A DNA stretch of 64,000 bases, taken from NCBI RefSeq assembly GCF_001194135.2, contig NC_068982.1:4548663-4612662 (forward strand). Reading direction: 5' to 3'. Below the pieces are notes generated by a model. It was not told the origin of the DNA. It was given only the letters and a program-made list of their open reading frames with translations, and ran no database searches. The DNA comes from Octopus bimaculoides (Eukaryota). This document shows positions 22,113 through 35,000 of this stretch, one piece after another; position 1 is the stretch's first letter, and the number at the start of each line of letters is the position of its first letter. A program made the translations under genes and the position numbers.

Positions 22113-24907
22113 AATTTTAGAAAGACACAGGAGAGATTTTAACTTGGACAAATCAAGGAACCTCACAGACCCAGAATCACCATGGCCACCAAAAGTTTGG
22201 TTTTACTCTAACATAACATAGATTGAAGATGACATCTTCAATCATCATCATCATCATTATAGGGAAGAGGTGATAGTAGACGAGGGGGGACGACGGCAAC
22301 GGAGACGTCAATGACCAAACGCTGTTCGTACCCAGGTCACATATTTCACGGATCCTGGACGAGATCACATGCTGTCAAGATCGGCACCAACTATTTATCT
22401 TCTCAGGATATGGGACATCAGAATCGAACGACGATGAAACAAAGAACACGAAGGACGAAGGAAATGATTTCAAAACTGAAGCGATCCCGTATCATAATGG
22501 CGGTCAGTGTGTCGATACAGGAAGCAAATGTACGCATATTTATTGCATATGTAATAAGTCATAAAGCACAAATACTCCGTGACACGGACAATACAGGAAC
22601 ACAAGAAAAGAGGATATTGGAGGAGGAAATTAGAATTAGAAATCTTGGTTTTAGGCGTCAAATAAAACAATTATTTTATTAAAGCTGTGTTAAAAGGAAA
22701 TATAGTGTGTTGCATTACTAATAGTCATGATGACAGTATTATTTAGAGCACCATTTATGAAAGTATTACTAATGATGTGTTTTATGCCAATGGGCATATT
22801 ATTAGCAATGTTAATATTGTAGCTGTTACTTGTGTCAAATAGCGCTTATACATGGCAAACCGCACAACTAAATGAATGCCGCCACATATCAACTGAATTA
22901 GAAGCTAAAAGTATTCCCATGAATGGAGGTATTGTTTTAGAAGACTCTCTTAAATAGCAGCTAAAATGACGAGATACCATAACAATTTTCAAAAGGAAAT
23001 TCTTCATAATATTTCAATGCTCATTAATACATTTCAGTGAAGTGATTACTTTTACGCCTACATACTCACAAGTCAAACGCTGGGAACAAAATAAACAATG
23101 AAACAATGTAACAAGAGATAAAATAACCAACCCAGATTGAACGATTGAGAGGATGGCTAATTACATACTCTGTGTAAGGAAAGTGTGGCAGTAGATACGC
23201 TTTCCACCCAAAAGTAAGAAATATAATTGTAAGTACAATATAAACAACGAGCAAACACGATTGAGAACACCAGGTTATTTAAAAGTAAAGTTGTCTCGTC
23301 CAGATTATAAATTTAAAAGTTATAAGTCGTAGAGGAAAACGGTTATCTGAAAGTTATGCCTTTGAAATCAATCCGAAAAAGTTGTATACAGAATATGCAA
23401 TAACAAGATAGAAGCAAATAAGATACTCAATAAAGGAAAGATAGAAACATTTTGGAAATAATATCCAGTTATAAGATTAGGTAACCGTATTAAAAATTGA
23501 AAGACTATCTCCCATTAGTGTAATCGCTTTAAGCTCTAAAAGGATTTGGAAAGAGAACAATCGTTGGCATTGACAATATTCAGAACGATTGTAGATTGTC
23601 ATCTGACATACTGCATGGCCAGTCAATGCACATCTTCACCGCCTTCGGAAATGTTCTGGATCAGATATTTGGATTGTTTCCTACCAGCAGCATATCAATA
23701 AACCCACCCACATACCATGGAAATGCTAACAGTGTATTTAGCTCCATTGAATTACTTGCATACCTGTAACTTAAAAACTACTCCCCGTAATATTATTCAA
23801 TAATATAATTGTACATTTACAAATATAGTCGCAGTAGAACGAAAATGACGACTGAATGCACACAGGGACAACATAGCACTACGTACGGAAACTGGGCAAA
23901 TGGAAATGGAAAATAAATAATTCAACTAGGTAAAAGAAATCCTTAAGAACTTATTTCAATAACAAACATATTTGTGCCATTGACGCATTTTCGGTGCTAA
24001 CCATAACATGGCCCAATGCCGACACATAACAGACTTACAATCCATTGATAGTAATAGAAGAAGTTTACTAAAATCCATCATGCATTTCACAATAAATTGA
24101 AAGACCTACAGAAAAAACTTGGAAAGGGAACATTGAAGTCAGGAAACAATTTAAGATGGTAGTTGTTAAGGTTGTTCATTAGATTCCAATTTCATAAAAA
24201 GACATGCTGTATTCAGACCTGTTTTTATCGATTTAACAAATCGATCATAGAAAGAAATCGGATTGGATTTCAAACAACTAAACTCTAAAGCAAAAGCAGA
24301 AACAAATATATTGATGGCAATTGAGAGAACACTAGGAGTAGCCGCAAAAATAAGTCTTTAGATACCAATGTTAAACTGGATCCTCATACAAAAATATAAT
24401 GCTAATGAACTAGATAAACAAATCCGGTCTGTATGAGACAACAGAAGATATAACAGTGCTCCCAGTATCTGCAGGCCATTACTGCTTCAGCTGTTGGAGA
24501 GAATAGTAACAATTCATACAATAAACATGATGAATATCACGTGTGTTGTATAATGGTTGAAACGATACATACACCACATTGTATCAGAATGTCTTATATG
24601 AACTCTGATAAAAAAAATTTACCCGCTTCTTCACCCAACTTCAACTTCAAAGAATTAGAGAAGTGTAACATTTATCTGTAGTCCAATAAAACATTAATCG
24701 TGCAAGGACATATTTGTTCAATTAAAAACAATGAAGCTTAGGAATATATCTCTGACCCTATCTGAAATTAGTTAAACAGGAATCATTCCAAAAAATGGTT
24801 GTAAAACGGCTTACTGTGTCCTTCTTAACAATTAATGTTTACGTACCGTTGCAAGGAATATGTTTATTATGGAGAGGGATCACTAAGCAGTGGTAAGTAA
24901 AATTTCA

Positions 24908-25195
24908 ATGTTATTATCTGTTCGAATATACTTGCGGCACGTTCGAACTGGGGAAGAAGATACTCACTGCGTTTTGTCACGGAGAATATATCTCGCTTGT
25001 TGACAAATGGTGTGTATAAACCTAGATTAGCTCGCAGCGCCACCTACCCAGACTGTGAGATGCTAACGTTTCTGAGTACTGACACTAGGCAGATGATGCT
25101 ACGAGATGACTGAAGGGATTGATTCTGTTATGCTTGTCCCCCAGTTCGAACGTGCATCAAGCATATTCGGACTGATAACAACATTATAAGGAATA
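24908..25195. repeat. About 50 bp inverted repeat pair with about 180 bp spacer
   Basis: aatgttattatctgttcgaatatacttgcggcacgttcgaactgggg versus ccccagttcgaacgtgcatcaagcatattcggactgataacaacatt; 17 bp core is perfect. Confidence 0.8.
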
Positions 25196-26478
25196 TGCTT
25201 AATATGTAAAGTGGTCCATCCAAGAATGTTACACCGCTAAATTTGGTGGGTATGCAAACAATGCGTTCGTTGGATGTGGTGCTAATGAAAGAGCAATAAC
25301 TTTTGAAGTTTGCATATACACCCGTTACCCATTTTTGTATCACCGATCGCATTGTTTACATAAACGTATTCGTATACGAAACATCGTAACTTTCAGTACT
25401 GGCTCTGAATTCTATAAAAATAAACACTATCATCCAGTCCAAATTTAAAACCGAAATGTTTCATATTGATTTTATATATGAAAGGCAGCTTAAAAATCGC
25501 GACATTCACAGAAGTAAATATAGCGGCACTTTGCGAAAATCGTGAGAATCTAAATATAGAATTTTAGTCCCGAAGTCTCAGAAGCATTTTTTTTTTCGTT
25601 GCGCTGTTCTCCGTAAAACGAAACTACGACAAAGTACTCGTGGAAAATTTAAGGGAAAATAATTCTCATCTGAGCGTAACGTTCACGGAAAAACTCGAAA
25701 CGTAAAAGATATATTCTGAAAGCTTAAAATGTTATTTAAAAAATCGATATAGAACTGAAGAGAACTTATAGCTGAAATAGACTAAAAAAGTAACAACATT
25801 GAGAATACAGACCACGAACAAACACTTCGTACGCATAAAACGATTAAAGCAAATAAGAAAAGATCAAAGCCAAACCATACAAATTGAACAGAATATTGAC
25901 CAAATAAGAAAAGAAAGAAAAGAAAACATAGAACAACTAAAAATATGCAAAAATAGAAAGTTAGGAATATTGAAAAATGCAAATCAAGAGCTCAGATATA
26001 ATGTAAAAGTTAAAAAAACTGAAGCATTACAATCAGTAGATATTTCTGGGGACCAACAGAAGTGTCCCAAAAATAAAACTAAACGATAAAATAATTAACA
26101 GATATAAATAACATAGGTATAATCATCATTGAAATAATGAAAATAATATTGACTTGTTGGTATGTGGTATTTCGTTATACAACCATAATATGCCATAAAT
26201 ACATATTAAACGTTTTTATCAGTCAATACCACGTTCTACTGTGTTAGCAGTGCGATTTTACATTACTTATTAAGGTTATCTCTACAGATATTCTATAGAA
26301 ATTATAGCCAGCAATGGTTTTTGTTACTACGTTTCGTATACGTGATGTAAACAAACAATGAGATCGAAGATGAAAAATGGGTAATGGGGGTATATGCCAT
26401 ATTTCGGGGGATGTTTTTGCCCCTTCATCAGCACCCATCTGCCCCATAAATCATCCTCGGACACATTACTTAAATAAC

Positions 26479-26510
<32 letters not shown>

Positions 26511-27621
26511 NNNNNNNNNNNNNNNNNNNNNNNNNNNNNNNNNNNNNNNNNNNNNNNNNNNNNNNNNNNNNNNNNNNNNNNNNNNNNNNNNNNNNNNNNN
26601 NNNNNNNNNNNNNNNNNNNNNNNNNNNNNNNNNNNNNNNNNNNNNNNNNNNNNNNNNNNNNNNNNNNNNNNNNNNNNNNNNNNNNNNNNNNNNNNNNNNN
26701 NNNNNNNNNNNNNNNNNNNNNNNNNNNNNNNNNNNNNNNNNNNNNNNNNNNNNNNNNNNNNNNNNNNNNNNNNNNNNNNNNNNNNNNNNNNNNNNNNNNN
26801 NNNNNNNNNNNNNNNNNNNNNNNNNNNNNNNNNNNNNNNNNNNNNNNNNNNNNNNNNNNNNNNNNNNNNNNNNNNNNNNNNNNNNNNNNNNNNNNNNNNN
26901 NNNNNNNNNNNNNNNNNNNNNNNNNNNNNNNNNNNNNNNNNNNNNNNNNNNNNNNNNNNNNNNNNNNNNNNNNNNNNNNNNNNNNNNNNNNNNNNNNNNN
27001 NNNNNNNNNNNNNNNNNNNNNNNNNNNNNNNNNNNNNNNNNNNNNNNNNNNNNNNNNNNNNNNNNNNNNNNNNNNNNNNNNNNNNNNNNNNNNNNNNNNN
27101 NNNNNNNNNNNNNNNNNNNNNNNNNNNNNNNNNNNNNNNNNNNNNNNNNNNNNNNNNNNNNNNNNNNNNNNNNNNNNNNNNNNNNNNNNNNNNNNNNNNN
27201 NNNNNNNNNNNNNNNNNNNNNNNNNNNNNNNNNNNNNNNNNNNNNNNNNNNNNNNNNNNNNNNNNNNNNNNNNNNNNNNNNNNNNNNNNNNNNNNNNNNN
27301 NNNNNNNNNNNNNNNNNNNNNNNNNNNNNNNNNNNNNNNNNNNNNNNNNNNNNNNNNNNNNNNNNNNNNNNNNNNNNNNNNNNNNNNNNNNNNNNNNNNN
27401 NNNNNNNNNNNNNNNNNNNNNNNNNNNAGCCAACCAACTAAGGGATAGTACCGATCCAATATACTGCTGGTAGTGTGCACAATTATTAATACCCAAATGC
27501 TGGGTATTGCATAGCAATTTTGCAATCGAGTGTCATATATGGGCGGGGGTAAAAAGTGGTTTACCCTTAATTTATACGGCAAATAAAAAAAATGGAGGGG
27601 ATACACAAATGACATACATCA

Positions 27622-27691
27622 GCTGGTAGACATTCTGTTATGTCTATTGAAATAGACATAATAGAATAGAGATAATAGAATGTCTACCAGC
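27622..27691. repeat. Long hairpin / palindrome
   Basis: gctggtagacattctgttat pairs 19/20 with ataatagaatgtctaccagc; inner attctgttatgtctatt-ga-aatagacataatagaat pairs 16/17. Confidence 0.9.
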
Positions 27692-27884
27692 AGATAAACG
27701 CATTCCTGGGAGCTGCTACATAAATTCTAATGACTCGTAGTGTTTTCACCGCAGCTACAAAAAGCATACAATGACCTGGAATATATGAAGTAAGTACAGA
27801 ATATAATATCTTTCGGTATTATATGTAGATTCACCCAAACACAGTTTTTTATACACTGGGTATGATGTCAGATATATGAAATGC

Positions 27885-28319
27885 TGGTTTCAAATTCTGG
27901 CACAAGGCCAGCAAATTTGAGGGAGTGGGACAATCGATTACATCGTGCCCGTTACGCAACTTGCACTTATTTTATCGACCCGAAAGGATGAAAGGCAAAG
28001 TCGACCCCGACGGAATTTGAACTCAGAACGTAAAGACAGACGAAATACCGCAATGCATTTCGCCCGGCGTGCTAACGTTTCTGCCAGCTCGCCACCTTTT
28101 AAAGAATCTTTTCTACTCTAAGCACAAGACCCAAAATTTTGGGGGAGGATGCCAGTCGATTAGATGGAATCCAGTACGCAACTGGTACTTAATTTATCAA
28201 ACTATAGAAAGGACGAAAGGTAAAGTCGATCTCGGCGGAATTTGAACTCAGAACGTAAAGACAGACGAAATTTCGCTAAGCATTTCGCCCGGCGTGTTAA
28301 CTTTTCTGCCAGTTCGCAG
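27885..28319 (-). mobile_element. Two tandem family B SINEs (27885-28095, 28103-28319)
   Basis: Each has gtcga...ggaatttgaactcagaacgtaaagacagacgaaa...catttcgcccggcgtg. Confidence 0.9.
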
Positions 28320-30104
28320 TTTTAAGATATATGAAATATTGACCGAAAAGAAGGTCGATAAACGCGCAATTGTAAGAATTCATATGTCGATAAAGAATCC
28401 CTCTTCTGACATATGCCAATGATGCATCATTCAAGAGAGAGGATGTGCAACCTTACGAAAGTAGCAGCTGCGATAGGCAATAGTGCATCATTGTAAAATA
28501 AGTGGAAACATTATCCAAGGAAGTGGATAAAGAAAATAGTCAATACCAGCTTACTATTCTTTGTGGTGTTCGAGACTATAGGATCCAGCCTTCCAGTGCA
28601 GTCCATAATCTACACTAGCAGACTTATATCATGTGGGGATAACGCAAATCGATCAAATATTGCTACATAAAAACACCAATACCTTTTAATCAAAATACCA
28701 ACTTCATCAGACGACGATATATTTCAGAAAGGAATGGCAGAAAATATCTAAAATCCAGTTGAAATAGAAAGTATCACTTTAGCAATAACCACTTTAGAAA
28801 TGATAGTATCCAAGTAGCAAGACTTCGAATATATACGAGACAAAAGTTAACACCAAAACGCTAAACAGTAGAATATTTTCGATAGAATCGAAAAAGCAAA
28901 GAATGAAAAATCATAAAACAAAATCAGAGCTTTGCATCGCGGATACGGAAGGGAGAGAGAATGACGTTCGGCGGCGAAGTGCAATGAGGTAGTAAGATTT
29001 CAACTATAGAAATAATAATACTACGATTAATGATAAACCAAAATATCATTCTGTTATCATTTATAATTGTTGGTACTTACACACACATATTCACATCCAC
29101 TTTATGTTATAAATTATAATAATGGAATTATTATCGCGTACTTCAACACTACTTTATTGAATGTTGGGTCGTCTTAGTGATATAATTAACAACTTCTTGA
29201 CGACATACATGCATACATACATGCATACATACATACGTTTGTGTATGTGTGTGTGTTGTGCGTATGTGTGGCTTATCGCTTATTTATTTATTTCTATTCT
29301 CACTCTGCCTTCCTCCTTTCCTCCCTCATTCCCTCATATTTTTCTCCTTCGCCTTTTCATATTGACCGGTCTTGGCAACCATTTGCAACAAGCATTTCTT
29401 CTCTTTTAACCTATCTGTGCTTTTCAAATGCTTGCTTTTAGTTCTATATAAGAGTGATTATGATTACAGCAGTCGGTCATTTATAAAATGTAAAAACCTC
29501 TTGGATCGTCTTAAACATGATATTTTCTTCAAATAATCAAATATCAAATTACCGTCTGTCTCACCTACAATTTTATCTCTTTCTTTCTCTTTTCTTTTGT
29601 CGTTGTCCTTGTTCTTTGAATTTTCTTCTTCGTTCTTCCCTCCTTCATTTTCTTTATTTTATTCCCTTGCTTTTTGCTTTCTTTTGGTTTATTTTCTCCT
29701 TTGTCTCTACCAGACACACTCCAATTATTGCCACCGCTTATTCATCCCCACCTTTCAACCCAAACAAAAATACATAAGAAAACCCCCCCAGAACGAATTA
29801 TACTAACGCAAATTTTATGATTTTCACTATGAGAACTAATATTTCCACACTCCACTTAAAGCCTCCTTATATAAGTGCTCCATTTGAAAAGTATGAACAG
29901 CTAAACACTTCGTCTTCTTTTAAGAACGACAACACAGAAAACTTCTAAGTAACTGTCAACAGTGTTTTCTTGTGATAATAAACGCTGTATTATAGCTTAA
30001 TGTATTCAATGATACTTCGCTTGAAATTTGATTATCGTTACAGATAGATTCTTATATAACTGCACATTTCACATGCACATACCACGCTGGATAACGGAGG
30101 CATA

Positions 30105-30107
<3 letters not shown>

Positions 30108-30149
<42 letters not shown>

Positions 30150-30181
30150 TCAAACGCACATACAAACAACACACACACATG

Positions 30182-30221
<40 letters not shown>

Positions 30222-30309
30222 TATATATAACAAAACCATATATATATATATATGTATTTATACATATGTTAATATATATATTATAGACACACATACTTAT
30301 GTGTGTATG

Positions 30310-30369
<60 letters not shown>

Positions 30370-30370
30370 A

Positions 30371-30406
<36 letters not shown>

Positions 30407-30612
30407 GTCTATCTATTTATCTATCTATCTATCTAANNNNNNNNNNNNNNNNNNNNNNNNNNNNNNNNNNNNNNNNNNNNNNNNNNNNNNNNNNNNNNNN
30501 NNNNNNNNNNNNNNNNNNNNNNNNNNNNNNNNNNNNNNNNNNNNNNNNNNNNNNNNNNNNNNNNNNNNNNNNNNNNNNNNNNNNNNNNNNNNNNNNNNNT
30601 TATGTGTGTATG

Positions 30613-30672
<60 letters not shown>

Positions 30673-30673
30673 A

Positions 30674-30709
<36 letters not shown>

Positions 30710-30737
30710 GTCTATCTATTTATCTATCTATCTATCT
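30108..30737. repeat. (CA)n, (TA)n and (TCTA)n microsatellite block spanning a gap
   Basis: Direct reading. Confidence 0.95.
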
Positions 30738-30940
30738 AACAAAGGCCTCAAAAGATATTTTAAGATCCACAAAGATCAGAACTTATCCGCAGCTCTTGGT
30801 GGTCCAAATCGGATGTTCAATCCATGTGGGTGTCTTTTCAGAACATTGTCTGGTTTAAAAAGTCACATGAAATGCCATGATGGTGCTGAGGTGTAGGTAC
30901 AGGAAGTGGTCAAACTCTGCATAAGGATTAGACAACCACC
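30738..30940 (+). mobile_element. RTE/RTE-X-like LINE 3' end with (ATGT)n tail
   Basis: NKGLKRYFKIH...PCGCLFRTLSGLKSHMKCH* resembles tandem C2H2-like fingers at the C-terminus of RTE-group ORFs; short 3' UTR followed by (ATGT/ATGC)n to 31134. Confidence 0.6.
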
Positions 30941-31134
30941 ATGTATGTATGTATGTATGTATGTATGTATGTATGTATGTATGTATGTATGCATGCATGC
31001 ATGTATGCATGTATGTATGTATGTATGCATGTATGTATGTGTGTATGTATGTATGTATGTATGTATGCATGTATGTATGCATGCATGTGTGTATGTATGT
31101 ATGTATGTATGCATGTATGCATGTATGTATGTAT
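30941..31134. repeat. (ATGT)n/(ATGC)n microsatellite
   Basis: Direct reading. Confidence 0.95.
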
Positions 31135-31825
31135 GACTTGTGCCAATTAAGGTTGAAGCTTATCTAAGTATATGTATATAAAATATATAACAAATAATTA
31201 ACGCACTATATTTATTATGCTTGATATGTATATAACGTCTAAAAACTAATTGGTTCTGTGGTATTGACGTCGTGGGACTGACGTCGTGGGACTGACGTCG
31301 TGGGAATGGATCCGGAATCATGTGACTCGGAAACTAAATTCTTACCACGCTTGGTTCTCTTTTGATTTTATATAGACATGAATCATTTACAGAGTTTATA
31401 TCTGAGAGCAGAATATGAAAGCAGAGCAGATAACGGAGGCACACTCGCATATATATATATATATATATATATANNNNNNNNNNNNNNNNNNNNNNNNNNN
31501 NNNNNNNNNNNNNNNNNNNNNNNNNNNNNNNNNNNNNNNNNNNNNNNNNNNNNNNNNNNNNNNNNNNNNNNNNNNNNNNNNNNNNNNNNNNNNNNNNNNN
31601 NNNNNNNNNNNNNNNNNNNNNNNNNNNNNNNNNNNNNNNNNNNNNNNNNNNNNNNNNNNNNNNNNNNNNNNNNNNNNNNNNNNNNNNNNNNNNNNNNNNN
31701 NNNNNNNNNNNNNNNNNNNNNNNNNNNNNNNNNNNNNNNNNNNNNNNNNNNAAATTATTAAATTATTAAATTATTAAATTATTAAATTAATTATTAAATT
31801 AAATTATTAAATTAATTTTCCTCTG

Positions 31826-31858
<33 letters not shown>

Positions 31859-31888
31859 TCAAATACACATACACACAACACACGCACG

Positions 31889-31925
<37 letters not shown>

Positions 31926-32744
31926 GCACACACACATATTTTTTCTTACGTATTTCTATTACCCTTTGAAACGTCAGGGGTCAACTAAAACGTTAGCTTT
32001 GTACTAACATAACATGTAAAAACAAAACTCAAGGGAACATATAGACAGCCCCTTTAAAAACCAGATATGGACAATTGTATACACACATATATGTATGTAT
32101 ATGTGTGTATATATGTATATGTATATGTATATGTGTGTATATATGTGTGTATATATGTAAATATATACACATTAGATATATTTTTGTATTATAAGCATAT
32201 GTATTTGTATATGTCTGCGTGTACACATGTTTATACATATGTGTGCATATATGTCTGTGGACATGTGGGTGTTTTTAGAGTACTGATATGTTCTTTAGAA
32301 CTTCTTATATGTGATTATATTATTAAAAGAACCACCTCAGTTGACATGAGAAAATATGTAGTTTGCACTTTGTGGTGAAGTTATTCATTCTTTTTATATA
32401 TATACCTTTCTGTGTATTTTGTTAAGTGAGTAACGTGAGAGTTTTTGATCATGCAAAGTTATGTGCAGTCATGAAATATCGTTGATAATAGGTGTGAACA
32501 CGGAACACATTGATCACAGCTATTGTCAAAGGCGTTCCAGCCATCCACGTAGTCGTCGTTTATTCTGTGGTCTTCTTTTTGCAGCCAGAAATCATCCCCA
32601 TTTCTCATTCTGCTAAAATACCATCGATAAGAAGATTAAAATGTTGCCAGAAAGTAATAAGCGTTGGATAAGTGTTGGAGACAAGTAATTTGATAATGTT
32701 CAGTTATCAAATAACTGGTTTTCGATGATAAAATAATAGTATGA

Positions 32745-33015
32745 CGCAGGTGTGGCCGTGTGGTAAGAAGGTTGCTTCCTAACCACATGATTCCGGGTTC
32801 AGTCCCACTGCATGCCACTTTGGGCAAGTGCCTTTTAGTATAGACTCAGCTGACCAAAGTCTTGTTGTGGGGGGGGGGACTTGGTAGACAGACACTGAAA
32901 GAATCCCGTCGTATCTATTTATCTGTGTGTAGCTGTGTATGTGTTTGCCTTTCTCTCTATATTTGTACCCCACCACACCGCTTGCCAGGCTTAAAAAAAC
33001 CTAGTACTTATTCTT
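32745..33015 (+). mobile_element. Diverged SINE family A
   Basis: gcaggtgtggccgtgtggtaagaaggttgc...gggttcagtcccactgc...actgaaagaatcccgtcgta. Confidence 0.85.
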
Positions 33016-33589
33016 TACAGAATGTTATATTTCAACAATTTAGTTCTTGTGTTATGGAGGACGCTACCTTGTTCACTATAACCTAAAAATTAAGAGGAAG
33101 ATTTGAGGATATTTCCATGATCAATTTACGTAGAAATTAAATTGGAATCTTAATACAGAAAACGGTTTACCCTCATCAGCACAAGTGGAAATTTTAATAT
33201 ATTTATCGATACTATATTTTAATAAATATGTCTTTTATGGTAAAGTGATGGTATGTTGTCAGCTTAATGTGACAGTCCCATGAAAGGGAAGAATGCTATT
33301 GCTATTTAGCCCCAGGAAACACCGTTTCCAGCTGGCCATGACACATTTTCTGTGACCTTATGTTTTCAAAGAGTGATAAGCACCTCCACCCAGCAGAGCC
33401 AGCATCCAGAGACTAGTTTCAGAGTCATTGCTCATCATCAGTCTGTTTTATGGTATTTAATTACTCAGTGCACATATACTTGTTTTATAAATGTTTAGGT
33501 CGCCCAATCAAGTATCTATTTCACCTCCTCATAATATATCTTGTATATTCCACCCCTCCCATAAATTTTTGTAAGCCCCGTATTATTAA

Positions 33590-33812
33590 GACAGCGAACT
33601 GGCAGGATCGTTACCACAGCGGGAAAAATGCTTAGCGGGATTTTGTCCGTCTTTACGTTCTGAGTTCATATTTCGCCAAGGTCGACTTTGCCAATCAACC
33701 TTTCGGAGTGGATGACATAACTACCAGTTACGTACTAGGGTCGTTGTAATCGACTAGTCCTCCCTACCCCACCAAATTTCAGGTCATGTGCGCACAGCAG
33801 AAAAGATTATTT
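33590..33812 (+). mobile_element. SINE family B
   Basis: gcgaactggcaggatcgtta...ctgagttcatatttcgccaaggtcgactttgcc. Confidence 0.88.
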
Positions 33813-33824
33813 TAATTATCATTT

Positions 33825-34030
33825 ATTTTTACTTGCTTCACTCATTTGACTGCGGCCATGTTAGATCACAATCTTTTTTTAAACAAATAGACCCCAGGAC
33901 TTATTCTTTGTAACCCTAGTACTTATATTGGTCTCTTTTGCCAAACGTATAAGTTATAGGGACCTAAACACACCAACATCGGTTGTCAAGAGATTGTGAG
34001 AGGACAAACAGTCACAAATAACAAATACAT
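33825..34030 (-). mobile_element. SINE family A, 3' half
   Basis: tttacttgcttcactcatttgactgcggccatg...acaccaacatcggttgtcaag. Confidence 0.85.
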
Positions 34031-34032
34031 AC

Positions 34033-34079
<47 letters not shown>

Positions 34080-34305
34080 NNNNNNNNNNNNNNNNNNNNN
34101 NNNNNNNNNNNNNNNNNNNNNNNNNNNNNNNNNNNNNNNNNNNNNNNNNNNNNNNNNNNNNNNNNNNNNNNNNNNNNNNNNNNNNNNNNNNNNNNNNNNN
34201 NNNNNNNNNNNNNNNNNNNNNNNNNNNNNNNNNNNNNNNNNNNNNNNNNNNNNNNNNNNNNNNNNNNNNNNNNNNNNNNNNNNNNNNNNNNNNNNNNNNN
34301 NNNNN

Positions 34306-34395
<90 letters not shown>
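34306..34395. repeat. (CTA)n-(CTG)n microsatellite
   Basis: Direct reading. Confidence 0.95.
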
Positions 34396-34403
<8 letters not shown>

Positions 34404-34449
34404 ACTGCCGCTGCTAAGTGTAACTACTCGAAAATGAACGGATATCTTT

Positions 34450-35000
34450 ACTGAAATAGGAACAAATGACAGGCTTCTGGGAAAATGATGAAAATTAAGT
34501 GTATTGTTTAAGTTAATTAGAGATAATTTTAGTCACTATGAATGAAGTAATTTGAATTAGAAACGATATGAAAACGGAATCGCAGAAATAGAATGCACAT
34601 TGACCAACAAGAAAGTTTAAAAGACGATATAGAAGCAAAATGATTTCTGAAAATCTGAAAGGTGAAAACACATAGAAAGAAATTATAAAGTGTAACAGAT
34701 AACACAAAAAAGCTCACTTAAATATCAAGCTGTTGAAGATGAATATGGCAACCTACCGAACAAAGGAAATGTATGCAAATAGGAGAGGAGAATACTGTGG
34801 AGAAGTTTAATCAAAGCGGGGACAGTAGTGAAAAAAATTGAAAAAACTATTAAGAAAAGAAATTCCTGAAATAAACAACAAAAGCCAGAAATCACTTCAG
34901 AATTTGAATAAAAAATATGGAGGAAATAACATAAAAGTCGAAGACGTAAAGAAGTGGGGCGATTATGTCACTAATCTATCTGTAAAATTCCTAATGGCCC
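34450..35000 (+). mobile_element. Highly decayed RTE-type LINE internal fragment
   Basis: QAVEDEYGNLPNKGNV...EYCGE resembles the xKDxxGxxL...RWxEY linker between endonuclease and RT; many stops. Confidence 0.35.

Noticed and set aside
25660-25710. ctcgaaacgtaaaaga as a fourth hammerhead
   Set aside because: No core or stem II upstream.
25799-26089. 96-aa K/Q/E-rich ORF
   Set aside because: Explained by A-rich composition; no motif.
30295-30738. About 140 bp sequence repeated identically on both sides of gap 30437-30599
   Set aside because: Most likely unmerged overlapping contig ends, not a real duplication.
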